Positions 48,901-54,984 are shown, numbered from the stretch's first letter. The stretch is DNA of 64,000 nt from a virus (IMGVR_UViG_3300020045_002401:17849-81848); one strand, 5' to 3'. Notes: a model not told the origin generated them from the sequence alone. Numbers and translations are program-made.

Positions 48901-49977
48901 GCTGGAGAATCTGGTAAGATTAGAAATGGTATGGATAAAATGAATGTATTAAAAGAAGCTTCTCACGAATTATACACTAGTAAAGATATAAATACTATTA
49001 GTGGTAAGTTTAAATTTGCTTCTCCATATAATATGAATCAACGTACTGAGTATTTAAATCAGGCTCCTATTATGATTATAATGGCTAAGAAAACTATGGT
49101 TAATACACCAGCAGGTAAAATTAGTATTTGGGAAGGTATGAATAAAGATTGGGAATGGGATACTGAAAAGTATGGTGCAGAACCTACTAAAGCTATTATT
49201 GATATGCGTATTGCTATAACTAAACAAATACAAAGACTTCATGGTAATTATGACCCAGCTTCGCCTTTAATGATTAAACAAAAATTTGCAGGTAGAGCAG
49301 TAAGTCAATTTAGAACTTGGTTATATGAATCTGTAGCTGTTAGATTTGAAAATGAAAGATATGAAGATGCTTTAGGTATTACTGTTAAAGGTAGATACAG
49401 AACATTAGGAGGTATTTTATTTGAAAATGAAAATAGATTAGGATTAAAACAAGGTAGTATTGAATTTGGTAAAGCCTTATTAAATTCTTTTACATTTGGT
49501 AAAGCTAAACTTAAATCATTTCAAAATACTAATTTATCTGATATAGATGCTCAAAATATGAGAAAAATATCAATGGAATTAGTATTATTATTAGATGTAT
49601 ATATTTTAATAATGTTACTTAAAGCTGGATTATCTGATGATGATGATGAAGCTAAAGCAATGTATAATGTATTATTAAATCAAGGTACTAGATTAAAATC
49701 TGATTTATTATTATATACTAATCCTGCTGAAGCTAGAAATATTATTAAAGATATTATACCTGCTGTATCTTTATTTGATGATATAGCTGGATTTATGAAA
49801 GCTGTGACTAATCTTGAAGAGGATGAAATTAAAACAGGTGTACATAAAGGTAATAGTAGAATTGGAACTAGTACTATGAAATTAATTCCAGGTGCATCTA
49901 AAGGATATAGTACTTATAACTCTATGTCACAAGTATTTGATAAAAGTATTAATCTAAAGGAAGATGAAGAGAAGTAA
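33979..49977 (+). CDS. Giant virion-associated RNA polymerase polyprotein (crAss-like), with zincin-like domain
   Basis: 5332 aa; GYRIPTSG and GSDFDVDK catalytic loop (DFDVD at 42757-42771); HEAIH at 45856-45870; N-terminal A/G-rich ejection-like region. Confidence 0.88.
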   Translation: MALNNDTNQGDNLESNLIEDSTGIVGAKDLSDIKPIEEVKNKELEAKIKAQVADFTPAKIEPSVKILPPEYSGGKSVSSPTTQEVVDKYGKIPDNEKRIITSSSDTAPELSQPSFLDTIVKVGQGDTSISRPIDQSINYDEYKDYLSKNHSYFDTETGLDKLRAQNQSEGMQVLNAGLRVLANVIPEGIKQTANAFDLEHLNAAEDGIGNIVADTMTEWQDSVKDTLPIYRENPGKALDFTDPAYLAETLESLVTSIGGFVLAGYATGGAASTVGKAIGGTVELASTINLGKKVTDGIKSSTSFQNALASAKAANIGSKAESLAVNFLLNQAEGRGIGAQVYADVYQREYNTALATGKSLEEAKEIGKDKAGKAGVAAINFNRVTMLLNVTSSDLFLQSPKNVGKLIEKGGVKQLLKEGGQEAGEEYINDLAQMYGEGLDTDKPLTFKNSIAHLATAEGIESPILGFIGGAGQTALTKAGKYIQSSSNESYMRHFNQYIMEHPIDGANKDSIIASATNYAQQQADKDKPLGFVNRGNASADRTSTAQQLESLYVAQQSNLEDYKKATLADSMNDVVNATISSSFSVDLMNQIKNDPTMLQEQKDNLLERSLLSHQAYIALQVGTENQLKDLYRTYANMDEDTAKQRGMFNGESKDDINYYKNKAERAIKSIENFEKNYTSSKQYVNSGEVYDRLNNNYFNVRDVEELSKKHNELLSNINEFSRDLYEQEGNEEALEDVANRSAEGKAIVHPSLWESKMEEDFKDIQKALKVAKDSRVKNAIQLNTIMSTKYNQELSETINLYRIKQQGERVKKNKVAGISNTFGKVFSKSKEVENRANTVKEPKTTKSNESSTTGKAQTTKAKPTSVPNSTQVAPTAQNNYTPPLVSNTTTQNNSVNDVNNNPDLFSFSYSVPGASDVMKSFIASDNKKIHVILKSQYSLQAKIDKLNEILSDKINYEIKETPLIAPDGEAVTQKSIDVIQAKIKELHNYKEDFSPDVIDEQQAYESDIVDFGLDLEEYQLNVANRATEDGDITTSTFDVLTSKFNIYSAILDQMAKRGIDTTSLDDVMTEFKTILGTKLLKAEFNSLQGLFNFANNTTENSTYADLFNSDKDNNNDLDNFNKLAKVNIQTGEFTYDLDKESRMAMQTTKQGIIINNPDTEVKGLAYPIYNEIGRDKIAYLAQNYSKVITKQTNEDGQEYYEVDKVTVENTINSALDPTVLEEDYFKEGDSITFIPLDSFTDEEGNVVLAKDLPVGERPIGVIKDGELVKGLYLHTTSWITAENITNTPANIEADRQSLFNLRERIINGEQVTTIINDVTTGAPISSANGEMNTFANEFPEHPVGVVRNGQLELANGRIESYPEFLHFDEGDVVSIVNGYYYYGSRTRLFSPMRVAILSSLTAFATATHTQGSEFLLNKTGKDLLKPKGVESYLRDFIYTAPIAIDNVYPTNLEEFRNALQTIGEDRVIVNFIGNSFYIGRGGALDVFTLSAGQYKGNAEALEYVLSQIEALLQDAYANVSLQSLTSNNPLHIISEQGVSKTFDTYEDYVKQVSVSPYVSITLPSGNKITTIQKRVSFDIPDIEQNSDKVASTVTKKGTPKKPKTKKEIITTESGKQQVIEFTSLDTDSNEINFDDVTEDFSPLVINTSDMSPDVQDEALESPSYINGISLELQEAVVHDLVQEYYNLLLQNRGIDVPIVPLEQFFDSKVAFFNDVVAKAEAINHPNYNKLALQVQTITNNKAQFLNITRQQLTSELKVKITDTALVLEPVDVDINTTLENVDAPDGVELEDVQEDSRIYSMNEFAIDPKTQLSYEIKALLYGVIDAKLAYKEGVPNIVPRKLGLQIPLYVNPNAVYQDLMMLFSKSSINDGMDTSNFSSNPDSALLPKIQIAIEILKSQYTTKPYYANVVKKLEVLDTKTQIQFITTFNKNNTDHLKVIEYVDKSGEGKALRLIRNNNQNAHDQLISSWSETVKAIGGYIPGVNNIELDDKLYQAFTNAYNQMAGNVALHTYDNFKVLFALVGINLSVDAFEKLRDGTYVNGRIKSITQQFEHTDGWLKRMKDRLVFIKTNNLDANTLHNNDVFKELADFILKFEKSVFNTSYKNGNGDTIYGVTNNRYFMERLTGLKNNAKLLKQLANNAFSSKSSWLSELLNSNNGTVNKGKFHSTFSYNTLDSYTTRANNKTKMVDSMNRKELIQLSLSLFYNGGESLYNKTTPIHTFIIPALSDKSNMFTVKAPGRFYNMVNNKLSEQDLTYLRTQLFEGEFHRIVQSTVKGNIGTKGYDQGSRKFLMFPEFNNIDGLFIDGNINTEALGDSELIERINDKINDYISNIIFKTYQDWSNLGLLRQGKENVYSDKMSFIDTAYATVSKSNPNNSLQEASSVVLNYTVNYLVANANMQQLIFNDPAFYYKKGKRNSETGADITTDIAETWDNVTKRYAAVNGGKDDFGFPAGSKFSVLSINDTKVTSNTLEYLSSLWAGHALEKEVIDTYSNMEPGDAQEYTSLEEHLDRMVYSSMIAEDKAKRILTTYNKTGKVSKKDLGALLINFKPLYFNTFMGTKGVMETVYIKTSSFPLIKELTKGTQLDELREYLDNPKNKVKVAVFASGIKAGNPAESLDLFDSKGNMISGALKGKLDNFILKDLPREGHGNQQSNPDKSKSTVINDGTQQAKLIFTNILDVQGFKNPFGEGEIGGRDLATIYLNKYEERFKINFDKLMKELGVKNGIITNIAKLKKILVDEATTRGWTFNEASSFELDTLGLNFEIPLWMSVSSSKIENLLSAIVDNRIRKRKRFGRSYILASEAGIRTFDKAIDNDNSGITFTSDFTGELRNSFNKDGEMTSAEILVPFRFYDNEGNLLSIKDFMIDNQLDLTKLPANLLEGFGYRIPTSGINLMSNIKVVGFLPESYGDTIIAPADFTKQMGSDFDVDKFYSSLYATYYNKETKSLEKLTRTHNDNRNQIIDNVFKLRNDLKRLTNYKGAKKDLLIEETKAKIKLEEAKPWYKLKNLDILVIDNELTDIQRAVLNNPSNVIQRARTKPLMFGRLEEMVTKFHDATTDLYYTFLDRSIQDKNYLNGQLGKTAVGNFSLDMILNSLGQYVTTPLFFQNVYTDKDGRKKVVEAKIKAFGFSNNNINDPFLNDGSGRYKSDVLEGLMAAALDNGKEQILGKLGISDNTFDFIRAMVATGYNEEVIMGILAQPIIKMYLSPTTGFNTIMKMKGALSKIKGADRNLADFSLASLSEDLEKFNELYSNLKEVDKLVATSFKENTIPDTALALQFYSLGLFISMEKRGRALSQIRSALNVDSAGVGKNTIYSAGKLEQADAAKNNLTINNPTAYFVNTKYNSDTQEYEKISSSIGNSALFYGANTNYQLWNRYFPFDNEVVNRVIKTIADRTGKDIFRLNSYSDYATLILKDFKSYLSAKTVPTITPAFMKGMQTNEIYKYIVHSTPTHQSLGEFILELRNLKDEQGNVKYINRFLNDLNIKPVDKTTTSENNPAIVDINYATINRVDNSENKVVNAMIDMLNKPVSLGLWNGNIIDSRQLMNLLTTYQLISKGIPAPNKFIEFIPNNDLKRMGYYHQMDNTYSDFVNDNLNSSTKLTETQFLVQHLQHNMEDYYNVGQERAYTGYFENGQFNNADLAKLPPYIVFKDEKGYHTQYKTKQGFVRLNPLGWGSNTEYNHDIINPTSINHNNNKSMVNVFEFTKASAEVTENVITTFIPTTTLIDSSLGTAVEILIPFENENGETMNGSYKAYPLIMTANGSSDSFYLVKNGATYNTIYHPITGVVIPINGLSAFTSKQERDSKIMVALSVVPANVIEALGLSEQLESFNIESIESNIETFMTPSRDKQKDVFPSDINDTTRNFADELGLSDTSLNLEDKYSLIFDRIRNTVGESTPLGYFLAKAKEIVPALGNTPIVMDTTLKAKGVYKSNGASSYIVINPNKFTTIEEMANVIAHEAIHGLFKKQIQVKNPITKQLEKLRKEVEDLLIVEYGQQAVTDMQNKIASGAPLVRGIEADLLYGVYNLDEFITNALTNPAFQQYLNSKDIKLADKSLWQKLMELLSGLLTAIGVKKDSKFADALGGIFALTDDIKKNHLKAFPKAKWARSIDFINEKFNLIDDTNKLSPKGNPDEIANFINDNFVNATAIVIDSKYIQVTPTTITNTEDFAPLVQDDGWDFSFLNLEQQEREINNEIRANYYQYGAMLRARVIEGEKAVQRTKASGDIAAIEQANENLLADKVNLMNIPKLKSLRDLELKANEDLAKVNKVLSEPMNSEDIIYARNVLNFWANVREYTFTPKHTESESLMRTFGNIEDDAQTATKKLALIEKTYLESFIKDTLGRELTLEDIFSDYKDVSAVKAHTRDISTYDNALLTAIWKKVQIANIQAEEEASTMLATLDDLIVKVMPKLTSINSKTPFEIFRQLSKNGKKTNHLISPYSSKFFSDRSGNLHYAKENGNADSVNKYAKWVKANTSVINLESLFPQDGIITSEIEANREELRNRIGDFRYNLWFNGQNRKVNSYLKRKETMEALIKEQNGLELFDDINTNENAFKALKGWDIKHSPYEFSKIINQATYEYYSGLDGIDGFQHYEVLPSKPDHLNSDFEAIANDSDLMEFYTEFSELYENLKKYVPTSQLANLIYGGLPVLEQSIYDAYSVNGLKAGFKGIKSALVKANTSSYSNKNKQELDLVTGENAKHMYVAGITSDSNFIKDYIKSESIKYEVETGKPVTDKQEAEFKEQAIHLAAQRRDFDLGKMMKLFGTIVISHKQIASIEDLIKIGQYTLNSYKEVERNPDGTPAVTVLNGVSTLPSTTAFTNTKKALAYFVDSQVYGNMKDEEGVTNIKLKTAEDSEIAKTYQDTLNELETKKANGEITLEFYDALKSTIDSSIKNLGSNVVASKVGDSWLKYVQLKLMGWNILGGISNSAFGFISNMIEAAGEGSFTLEDMNNAYAMTASSVAKNLSFNKWEAGESGKIRNGMDKMNVLKEASHELYTSKDINTISGKFKFASPYNMNQRTEYLNQAPIMIIMAKKTMVNTPAGKISIWEGMNKDWEWDTEKYGAEPTKAIIDMRIAITKQIQRLHGNYDPASPLMIKQKFAGRAVSQFRTWLYESVAVRFENERYEDALGITVKGRYRTLGGILFENENRLGLKQGSIEFGKALLNSFTFGKAKLKSFQNTNLSDIDAQNMRKISMELVLLLDVYILIMLLKAGLSDDDDEAKAMYNVLLNQGTRLKSDLLLYTNPAEARNIIKDIIPAVSLFDDIAGFMKAVTNLEEDEIKTGVHKGNSRIGTSTMKLIPGASKGYSTYNSMSQVFDKSINLKEDEEK
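36521..36544 (+). repeat. Dispersed motif copy (CGAATGAGTCTTCTACTACGGGCA)
   Basis: Exact spacing; inside the giant ORF. Confidence 0.92.
37736..37759 (-). repeat. Dispersed motif copy (CGATAGGTCTTTCTCCTACGGGCA)
   Basis: Exact spacing; antisense in the giant ORF. Confidence 0.88.
41397..41421 (+). repeat. Dispersed motif copy, 1 bp long (CGAATATCTATCTTCTCTATGGGCA)
   Basis: Inside the giant ORF, in a different codon phase (LEYLSSLWA). Confidence 0.8.
46352..46375 (+). repeat. Dispersed motif copy (CGAATAAACTCTCTCCTAAGGGCA)
   Basis: Exact spacing; inside the giant ORF. Confidence 0.92.
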
Positions 49978-50032
49978 TTTACTGATGTTGCTAATATAGC
50001 AAATTTTTTATAGACTAAATTTTGAGCAAGTA

Positions 50033-50060
50033 AAAGGGGGCGTAATTGCCCCCTTTCTTA
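50033..50060. terminator. Bidirectional terminator between the convergent gene blocks
   Basis: AAAGGGGGC-GTAATT-GCCCCCTTT flanked by A and T runs, between stops at 49977 (+) and 50079 (-). Confidence 0.8.
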
Positions 50061-50078
50061 TGCCTCTGGGTATCGAAA

Positions 50079-50612
50079 TTATTGACGGTACGACGTTAAA
50101 ACTTTGTTTCCTAGCTCTCCTATTATAGTTTCTTTTGATGTTTTAGATTCATCGAGAAGGCTTAATATGGACTGGTCAGGAAAGGCTTTATACTTCTTTT
50201 TTAACTTATAAATATCTATAACTTGATATTTATTTCCTTGTATAGGAAGTACTGGAATAGCTTCAGCTTTAGTACTATTAGGACTTTTGCTTATTTTAGC
50301 ATAAAATTTACCATTATATACATTATAATTACTATGAAAATTAGAGTTTATATATACTTTTATTCTTTCATTAATAAAAGTTTTTAGATAATTTTCTAGA
50401 TTATGTTTAGTTGTATATAAACTATTTCTTTCTGACTCTAATTTACTAGCATTTTCTTCTAACCTGTTTAAATCTTGAACAGTTTTATTTAATCTACTAC
50501 CTAAAATAATAGTATTTTTACGATACTGCTTTATTACAGTATTATCATTAGTTATTTTAATTAATAAAAATACTAAAATAATAAGTAATACGATGATTAT
50601 ATTTGTTGCCAT
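50079..50612 (-). CDS. Hypothetical protein with N-terminal transmembrane anchor and coiled coil
   Basis: IIIVLLIILVFLLI N-terminus. Confidence 0.7.
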   Translation of the reverse strand: MATNIIIVLLIILVFLLIKITNDNTVIKQYRKNTIILGSRLNKTVQDLNRLEENASKLESERNSLYTTKHNLENYLKTFINERIKVYINSNFHSNYNVYNGKFYAKISKSPNSTKAEAIPVLPIQGNKYQVIDIYKLKKKYKAFPDQSILSLLDESKTSKETIIGELGNKVLTSYRQ

Positions 50613-50617
50613 GTTAC

Positions 50618-51118
50618 TTAGGTATTAGGGTTTAATATATTAGTAATATCATCAGGAGACAAATCAGTACTAATAATAGAATTATCTAATTGTTTTAATT
50701 CATATAATAATGTCGCCACCAGATTTTGATGTTCTTGTTTAAAACTTGTTATATTATATGCTATAACTTCTTCTTTAGTAGGCTTGATTTGTCCGTTTAG
50801 GTAAACTAATACTTTATTATCTTTACTTTTTAATCTAATAGATTCTAAAGTTTCAAAAGTAGCTATATTATCAGCAGCCCGTGTAATTATAACAAAAGGA
50901 ATAGTATCAATAGGAAGTATTCCCTCTTCTTTTAATATAATATTTAATACCGCTTTAGTTACTTTAATAATAGCGATATTTTTGTGTTGAATTAACAACT
51001 TTTCTTTTTTATAATCAAAAACTAATCTATTCAATTTAAGAATGTCTGTAGATTGAATTATAATAATACCAATTAATACGACAATAACTAACGAGATAAT
51101 AATACTTAATGCATTCAT
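50618..51118 (-). CDS. Hypothetical protein with N-terminal transmembrane anchor
   Basis: LSIIISLVIVVLIGIIII N-terminus. Confidence 0.7.
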   Translation of the reverse strand: MNALSIIISLVIVVLIGIIIIQSTDILKLNRLVFDYKKEKLLIQHKNIAIIKVTKAVLNIILKEEGILPIDTIPFVIITRAADNIATFETLESIRLKSKDNKVLVYLNGQIKPTKEEVIAYNITSFKQEHQNLVATLLYELKQLDNSIISTDLSPDDITNILNPNT

Positions 51119-51129
51119 AATGTTTAAAT

Positions 51130-51666
51130 TTATTTAATTAATAATGAGTTAATTTGTTTAACGAAGCTTTCTTTTATAGCTTCTGTTGGTGGAATAATAG
51201 TTTTACCATTGAAACGCACATATTGTGTTTCATTAATAGGAATTAAATTTGAAATAGGATTATTACAATTAATTGTATGTGTTTGAGTGTTTTCTATTAT
51301 ATGATTATTCATATACGTATTAACCACGTCGAGAATCTTCTCTACGGGCAAGTTATGAATAACTGAAAAATATTGGAAACACATATATCCTAATAAAGCT
51401 ACATTAGCGATACTTTCTTCTGTAGTTTCATTAACAGCAAAAGGTATAGATAATATAGGATATTTAATACTGTTATCTTTTTTATCACCTAAGCTTTCAA
51501 ATATATTATAACCTACATTTTTAAAATCTACTTCCGCTTTAGAAGTAGATATTTGTGCTATTGTAACAGCGAGTTGTGTTAAATCAACTTCTGTTAATAC
51601 TTGTTTAAGTGGGATACCATTTTCAGTTACATATAACTTTAAGAAATTGTGTATAGCAGTTATCAT
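51130..51666 (-). CDS. Hypothetical protein
   Basis: 178-aa ORF in a tightly packed operon. Confidence 0.7.
   Translation of the reverse strand: MITAIHNFLKLYVTENGIPLKQVLTEVDLTQLAVTIAQISTSKAEVDFKNVGYNIFESLGDKKDNSIKYPILSIPFAVNETTEESIANVALLGYMCFQYFSVIHNLPVEKILDVVNTYMNNHIIENTQTHTINCNNPISNLIPINETQYVRFNGKTIIPPTEAIKESFVKQINSLLIK
51327..51350 (+). repeat. Dispersed motif copy (CGTCGAGAATCTTCTCTACGGGCA)
   Basis: Exact spacing; antisense to the host CDS. Confidence 0.85.
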
Positions 51667-52697
51667 TATACTAGTATTAAATCATTATAAACTTGATTTC
51701 TAATAACTTGTTGTCCAGTCATTAAAGTAGATTTAAACTTTATATCAGAATCAGTATAAGATTTTACATTTTGTAAATAACCTGTAATAGCATTATACAC
51801 ACCCCAACCTGTACCTACAAAATCTTTTTGACCAAGACCATTATAATAATAGTCAAGATTAGTTTCAAGGATATTCTTGCCCTTAGATGAGAGATTATTC
51901 GTGTCTATCTTATAGGCATTAGCCATAATATCTATAACTTCTCCTTCTGTAATATTAATATCAAGGAGACGTTCAAAATACTCCATGTGTTTAATATCTC
52001 CTTTACTTATAAGTCCTAATGTAGTTTTCGCCGCTATAAGTTTCTCGTGTGCAGATTGAGTATGTCTTATAGATACCTTATTAACACTACCTTGTAATGC
52101 TAATGTTAAGGTATTATTACATACTACTCTAATAGGTGTATAAGCAACTGTAATAGCTGAACTACCATCATGTGATAAACTGAATAGTAAATACTTATCA
52201 ATTTGGTCATTATGTATAGTCATACTTTCAGTTACTTTTGCTGTAACAAATACTATTTCTCCATTACCTAAACAACCAGCTGTTTCATATTGTGCGATAC
52301 CGTCTTGTGCAATATCATCAAAGAAATTAAAGGCTTCTATGTTTTGTACCGGTGTATATTTACTACCTACAATTCCTAAAGGATAATCATTATCTTTACG
52401 AACAATAGCAAATTTATCACGTAGTGCAAACATTTTAGTATAGTTAGGCACTAATTTACCTCCAGCTTTAGTAAAGGTTCTTTGTATAGTAGCACATTGT
52501 TTTGCATCTTCAAAACTTATGTCAAGACTAGGAGAATAAAGTTTTCTTTTTTCTACTTCAAAATCTAATCCCCCTAACTTTATAGCTTCTTTTGCATATA
52601 AGGTTTCTACTATATGTCCAAGACCGTGCCAAGGAACTTCTTTTTTACTGACAAAACTTGCTTGTCCATTTGCTTTAATATTTAGGTTATGAGCCAT
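51666..52697 (-). CDS. DUF932 family (phage/plasmid-like) protein
   Basis: MAHNL...PWHGLG, YTPVQN, YETAG-L-NG, SHDGS, TPIRVVCNNTL motifs. Confidence 0.85.
   Translation of the reverse strand: MAHNLNIKANGQASFVSKKEVPWHGLGHIVETLYAKEAIKLGGLDFEVEKRKLYSPSLDISFEDAKQCATIQRTFTKAGGKLVPNYTKMFALRDKFAIVRKDNDYPLGIVGSKYTPVQNIEAFNFFDDIAQDGIAQYETAGCLGNGEIVFVTAKVTESMTIHNDQIDKYLLFSLSHDGSSAITVAYTPIRVVCNNTLTLALQGSVNKVSIRHTQSAHEKLIAAKTTLGLISKGDIKHMEYFERLLDINITEGEVIDIMANAYKIDTNNLSSKGKNILETNLDYYYNGLGQKDFVGTGWGVYNAITGYLQNVKSYTDSDIKFKSTLMTGQQVIRNQVYNDLILV
51878..51901 (-). repeat. Dispersed motif copy (CGAATAATCTCTCATCTAAGGGCA)
   Basis: Exact spacing; inside the DUF932 gene. Confidence 0.9.
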
Positions 52698-52905
52698 TGT
52701 TTTTGTTTTTAGTTATTATATTATCTAATTGATATAAAGCGTGCTCCGTTTTACTTATATTCATATCATTAGCTACTGTTTTTCTATCAGCTTCTAAATG
52801 ATTATGTGAATACATACGTTTAAAAACCATAAATTGTGCATCAGTAATTTGTAATAGTTTTTCTAATACTAAATCTCTTGTAAATTTTTCTACTTCTTTA
52901 TTCAT
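52687..52905 (-). CDS. Small hypothetical protein
   Basis: 72 aa, overlaps neighbours in the operon. Confidence 0.65.
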   Translation of the reverse strand: MNKEVEKFTRDLVLEKLLQITDAQFMVFKRMYSHNHLEADRKTVANDMNISKTEHALYQLDNIITKNKNNGS

Positions 52906-53353
52906 TACAAAGAGATTTAAGTCTTTCCATTACATCCTCTGGTGTATGACCATCAAATTCATATTTAGCTTTAGGACAATCAGGTATTTTAAATAAATCC
53001 CAATCTTCTAGTTTATAATGATTACTAATTTGACCTGTAGGTAGTACTGCAACTACAATAAACCAACCACCACCAAAACATAATTCCCCATCATTATGAC
53101 GTATAGATTTATGAACATCATATAAAGGTTTAGCAAAGCTACTTATTTCTTTTCTCCATTCTTTTGCCCAGTCATTAAATAAAGCAGCATTATATAATTT
53201 TCTAAATTCATATAAATCATCAAATGTATGCCAACCATCTGATATATTATTTTCCTTTATAAGATTATTAGTTTTACAATGACTAATACATTCATTGATT
53301 TGTTCTTCTATTATATTAGAAGGTTGTTCTAAATTAATTGCTATTGTTTTCAT
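52898..53353 (-). CDS. Conserved phage protein (WDGH-like)
   Basis: ISDGWHTFDDLYE...GWFIV...LPTGQISNHY...FDGHTPEDV. Confidence 0.65.
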   Translation of the reverse strand: MKTIAINLEQPSNIIEEQINECISHCKTNNLIKENNISDGWHTFDDLYEFRKLYNAALFNDWAKEWRKEISSFAKPLYDVHKSIRHNDGELCFGGGWFIVVAVLPTGQISNHYKLEDWDLFKIPDCPKAKYEFDGHTPEDVMERLKSLCNE

Positions 53354-53381
53354 TAAATTTGTATTTAATATTAATAATATT

Positions 53382-53738
53382 TTATTGTAATTTACTTATT
53401 AACCAATTAGCTAAATTATCTTGTATTTTAGCAGCTTCTTTCTCTGGTAAATTATGAGCATCTTTACCAGTTAAATTTCCCCATCCTCTTATAGTAATAA
53501 AAGGGTTACCATTCATATTAATAGTAACAATTTCTTTAACATATTCTAGTGTAAAAGGTTGTTTATACACTAAAGGTTTATGTTCTTCACTGTTAATAGA
53601 TACTATTATTTTATTTACTTGTTCTTCAGTAAGATTAGGTATAATCATAAAAGCAAAATTAGCTTTATCATCATAAATATATCCACATCCTCCATCGTCT
53701 GAAAAAGGTAAAGTATAAAATTCTAAAGTACTATTCAT
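53382..53738 (-). CDS. Hypothetical protein
   Basis: 118-aa ORF; ITIRGWGNLTG segment. Confidence 0.7.
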   Translation of the reverse strand: MNSTLEFYTLPFSDDGGCGYIYDDKANFAFMIIPNLTEEQVNKIIVSINSEEHKPLVYKQPFTLEYVKEIVTINMNGNPFITIRGWGNLTGKDAHNLPEKEAAKIQDNLANWLISKLQ

Positions 53739-53895
53739 TAGTATTTAATTTTTTAAGTTCTATTTTCCAATATGTAATAGCAGTTGCTATACTATCACAA
53801 TATTCTCTAAACTCTTCTAAGGTTAAAGAAGCTTCTATCTTATCGATAGAAGCCTCTAATTGACCTATTGTTTGTAGGATTTGCTGTTTATTCAT
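53731..53895 (-). CDS. Small hypothetical protein missing from the ORF track (54 aa, MNKQQILQTIGQLEAS...)
   Basis: Manually translated; fills the gap between 53738 and 53900 and overlaps the downstream ATG. Confidence 0.65.
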   Translation of the reverse strand: MNKQQILQTIGQLEASIDKIEASLTLEEFREYCDSIATAITYWKIELKKLNTNE

Positions 53896-53899
53896 ATTA

Positions 53900-54529
53900 C
53901 TATTTATTCCAAGTAAGAATTTTAACTATAGCCATTTGTGCTTGAACCATAGTTGTAACAGCTAATGTTCTTAAAACATTTCTATTCCAAGATGATAATA
54001 ATGCACCATTTTCTGTTTTAACCTTATGGTCATAAGCTACAATATCAATTAAATCAGCAGATAATCTTTTAGCTTTATCAACTAAAGGAGAGAAAGAAGG
54101 ATTAAAGGTAATACCTACTAATTCTTCTCCTAAAGTTAAAGGTCTATTTTTATTATCAGTAATCAATGCTGTTTTATAAGCATCAACAATACCTTTAAAG
54201 ATATAATCTTTAATTTGTTGAGATTTAGGGAGATTTTCATAAGCAGTAAAACAAGGATGTTCTTTTTTCTCAGGGTCTTTTATTTCCCCATACTTCCAAC
54301 CTTCTTCTTCTTTTTGTTTAAGCCAAGATTTATGACTATCAGCAGGTGTAGTATATTCATTCAAAGAATGAAATCTAACACCTTCAATAGCACTATCTTT
54401 TTGCCATTGAGGAGCGTCTTCCCAACTAGGTTGAGAATTATCTCCAATAGTTTCACAATAAGCTTTATTAGCTTCATGACAAATTTTAGCTACATCTTCA
54501 TAAGAGTAGCCTGCGTTAACTTGATTCAT
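53900..54529 (-). CDS. RyR-domain protein fused to an Acb2/Tad1-like helical hairpin
   Basis: CHEANKAYC...HKSW...EGWKYG..KDPEKKEHPC...YENLP (RyR domain) plus GITFNPS...KRLSADLID...RTLAVTTMVQAQMAIVK. Confidence 0.65.
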   Translation of the reverse strand: MNQVNAGYSYEDVAKICHEANKAYCETIGDNSQPSWEDAPQWQKDSAIEGVRFHSLNEYTTPADSHKSWLKQKEEEGWKYGEIKDPEKKEHPCFTAYENLPKSQQIKDYIFKGIVDAYKTALITDNKNRPLTLGEELVGITFNPSFSPLVDKAKRLSADLIDIVAYDHKVKTENGALLSSWNRNVLRTLAVTTMVQAQMAIVKILTWNK

Positions 54530-54555
54530 AGGTATTTATTTAAAATTAATATTAA

Positions 54556-54984
54556 TTAATGTGTAATTCTATCTAATTCAGCTAATATTAAAGCACTAGC
54601 TTTAATAAGTTTTCTACGTTGAGGTGTTTGTTCTCTTTTATCTTCTTTCCAAGGATAAATACTTTGATTATGATTACGTGTAAACCTAAAAATAGGGTCA
54701 ATTTTAAAGTGAATAAATAAAGGTTGAGTATTAAGATATGTTTCTAAATATCCAGCAGCTGCTCCCGCAAGTTCTCCAAGATTATTGTGTATTTTATCTT
54801 TATGTACATCATATCCTTCTTCTTTAACTTGTCTTATTCTTTCTAAATAAACTTCATAAGCTTTAGAAGCTTTAAACATATTAAGTTCTTTTTCTAATAC
54901 TTTAATTCTGTAATCAGCAACTAATATAAAACCTAGAATTCCTATTATAAGAGGTACTAGTACCCATATTGAAATTTGTATCAT
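54556..54984 (-). CDS. Conserved phage hypothetical protein with N-terminal transmembrane segment
   Basis: ERIRQVKEEGYD..KD..H..GELA.AA..Y...YPW...RRKLIKASALILAELDRI family pattern. Confidence 0.7.
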   Translation of the reverse strand: MIQISIWVLVPLIIGILGFILVADYRIKVLEKELNMFKASKAYEVYLERIRQVKEEGYDVHKDKIHNNLGELAGAAAGYLETYLNTQPLFIHFKIDPIFRFTRNHNQSIYPWKEDKREQTPQRRKLIKASALILAELDRITH

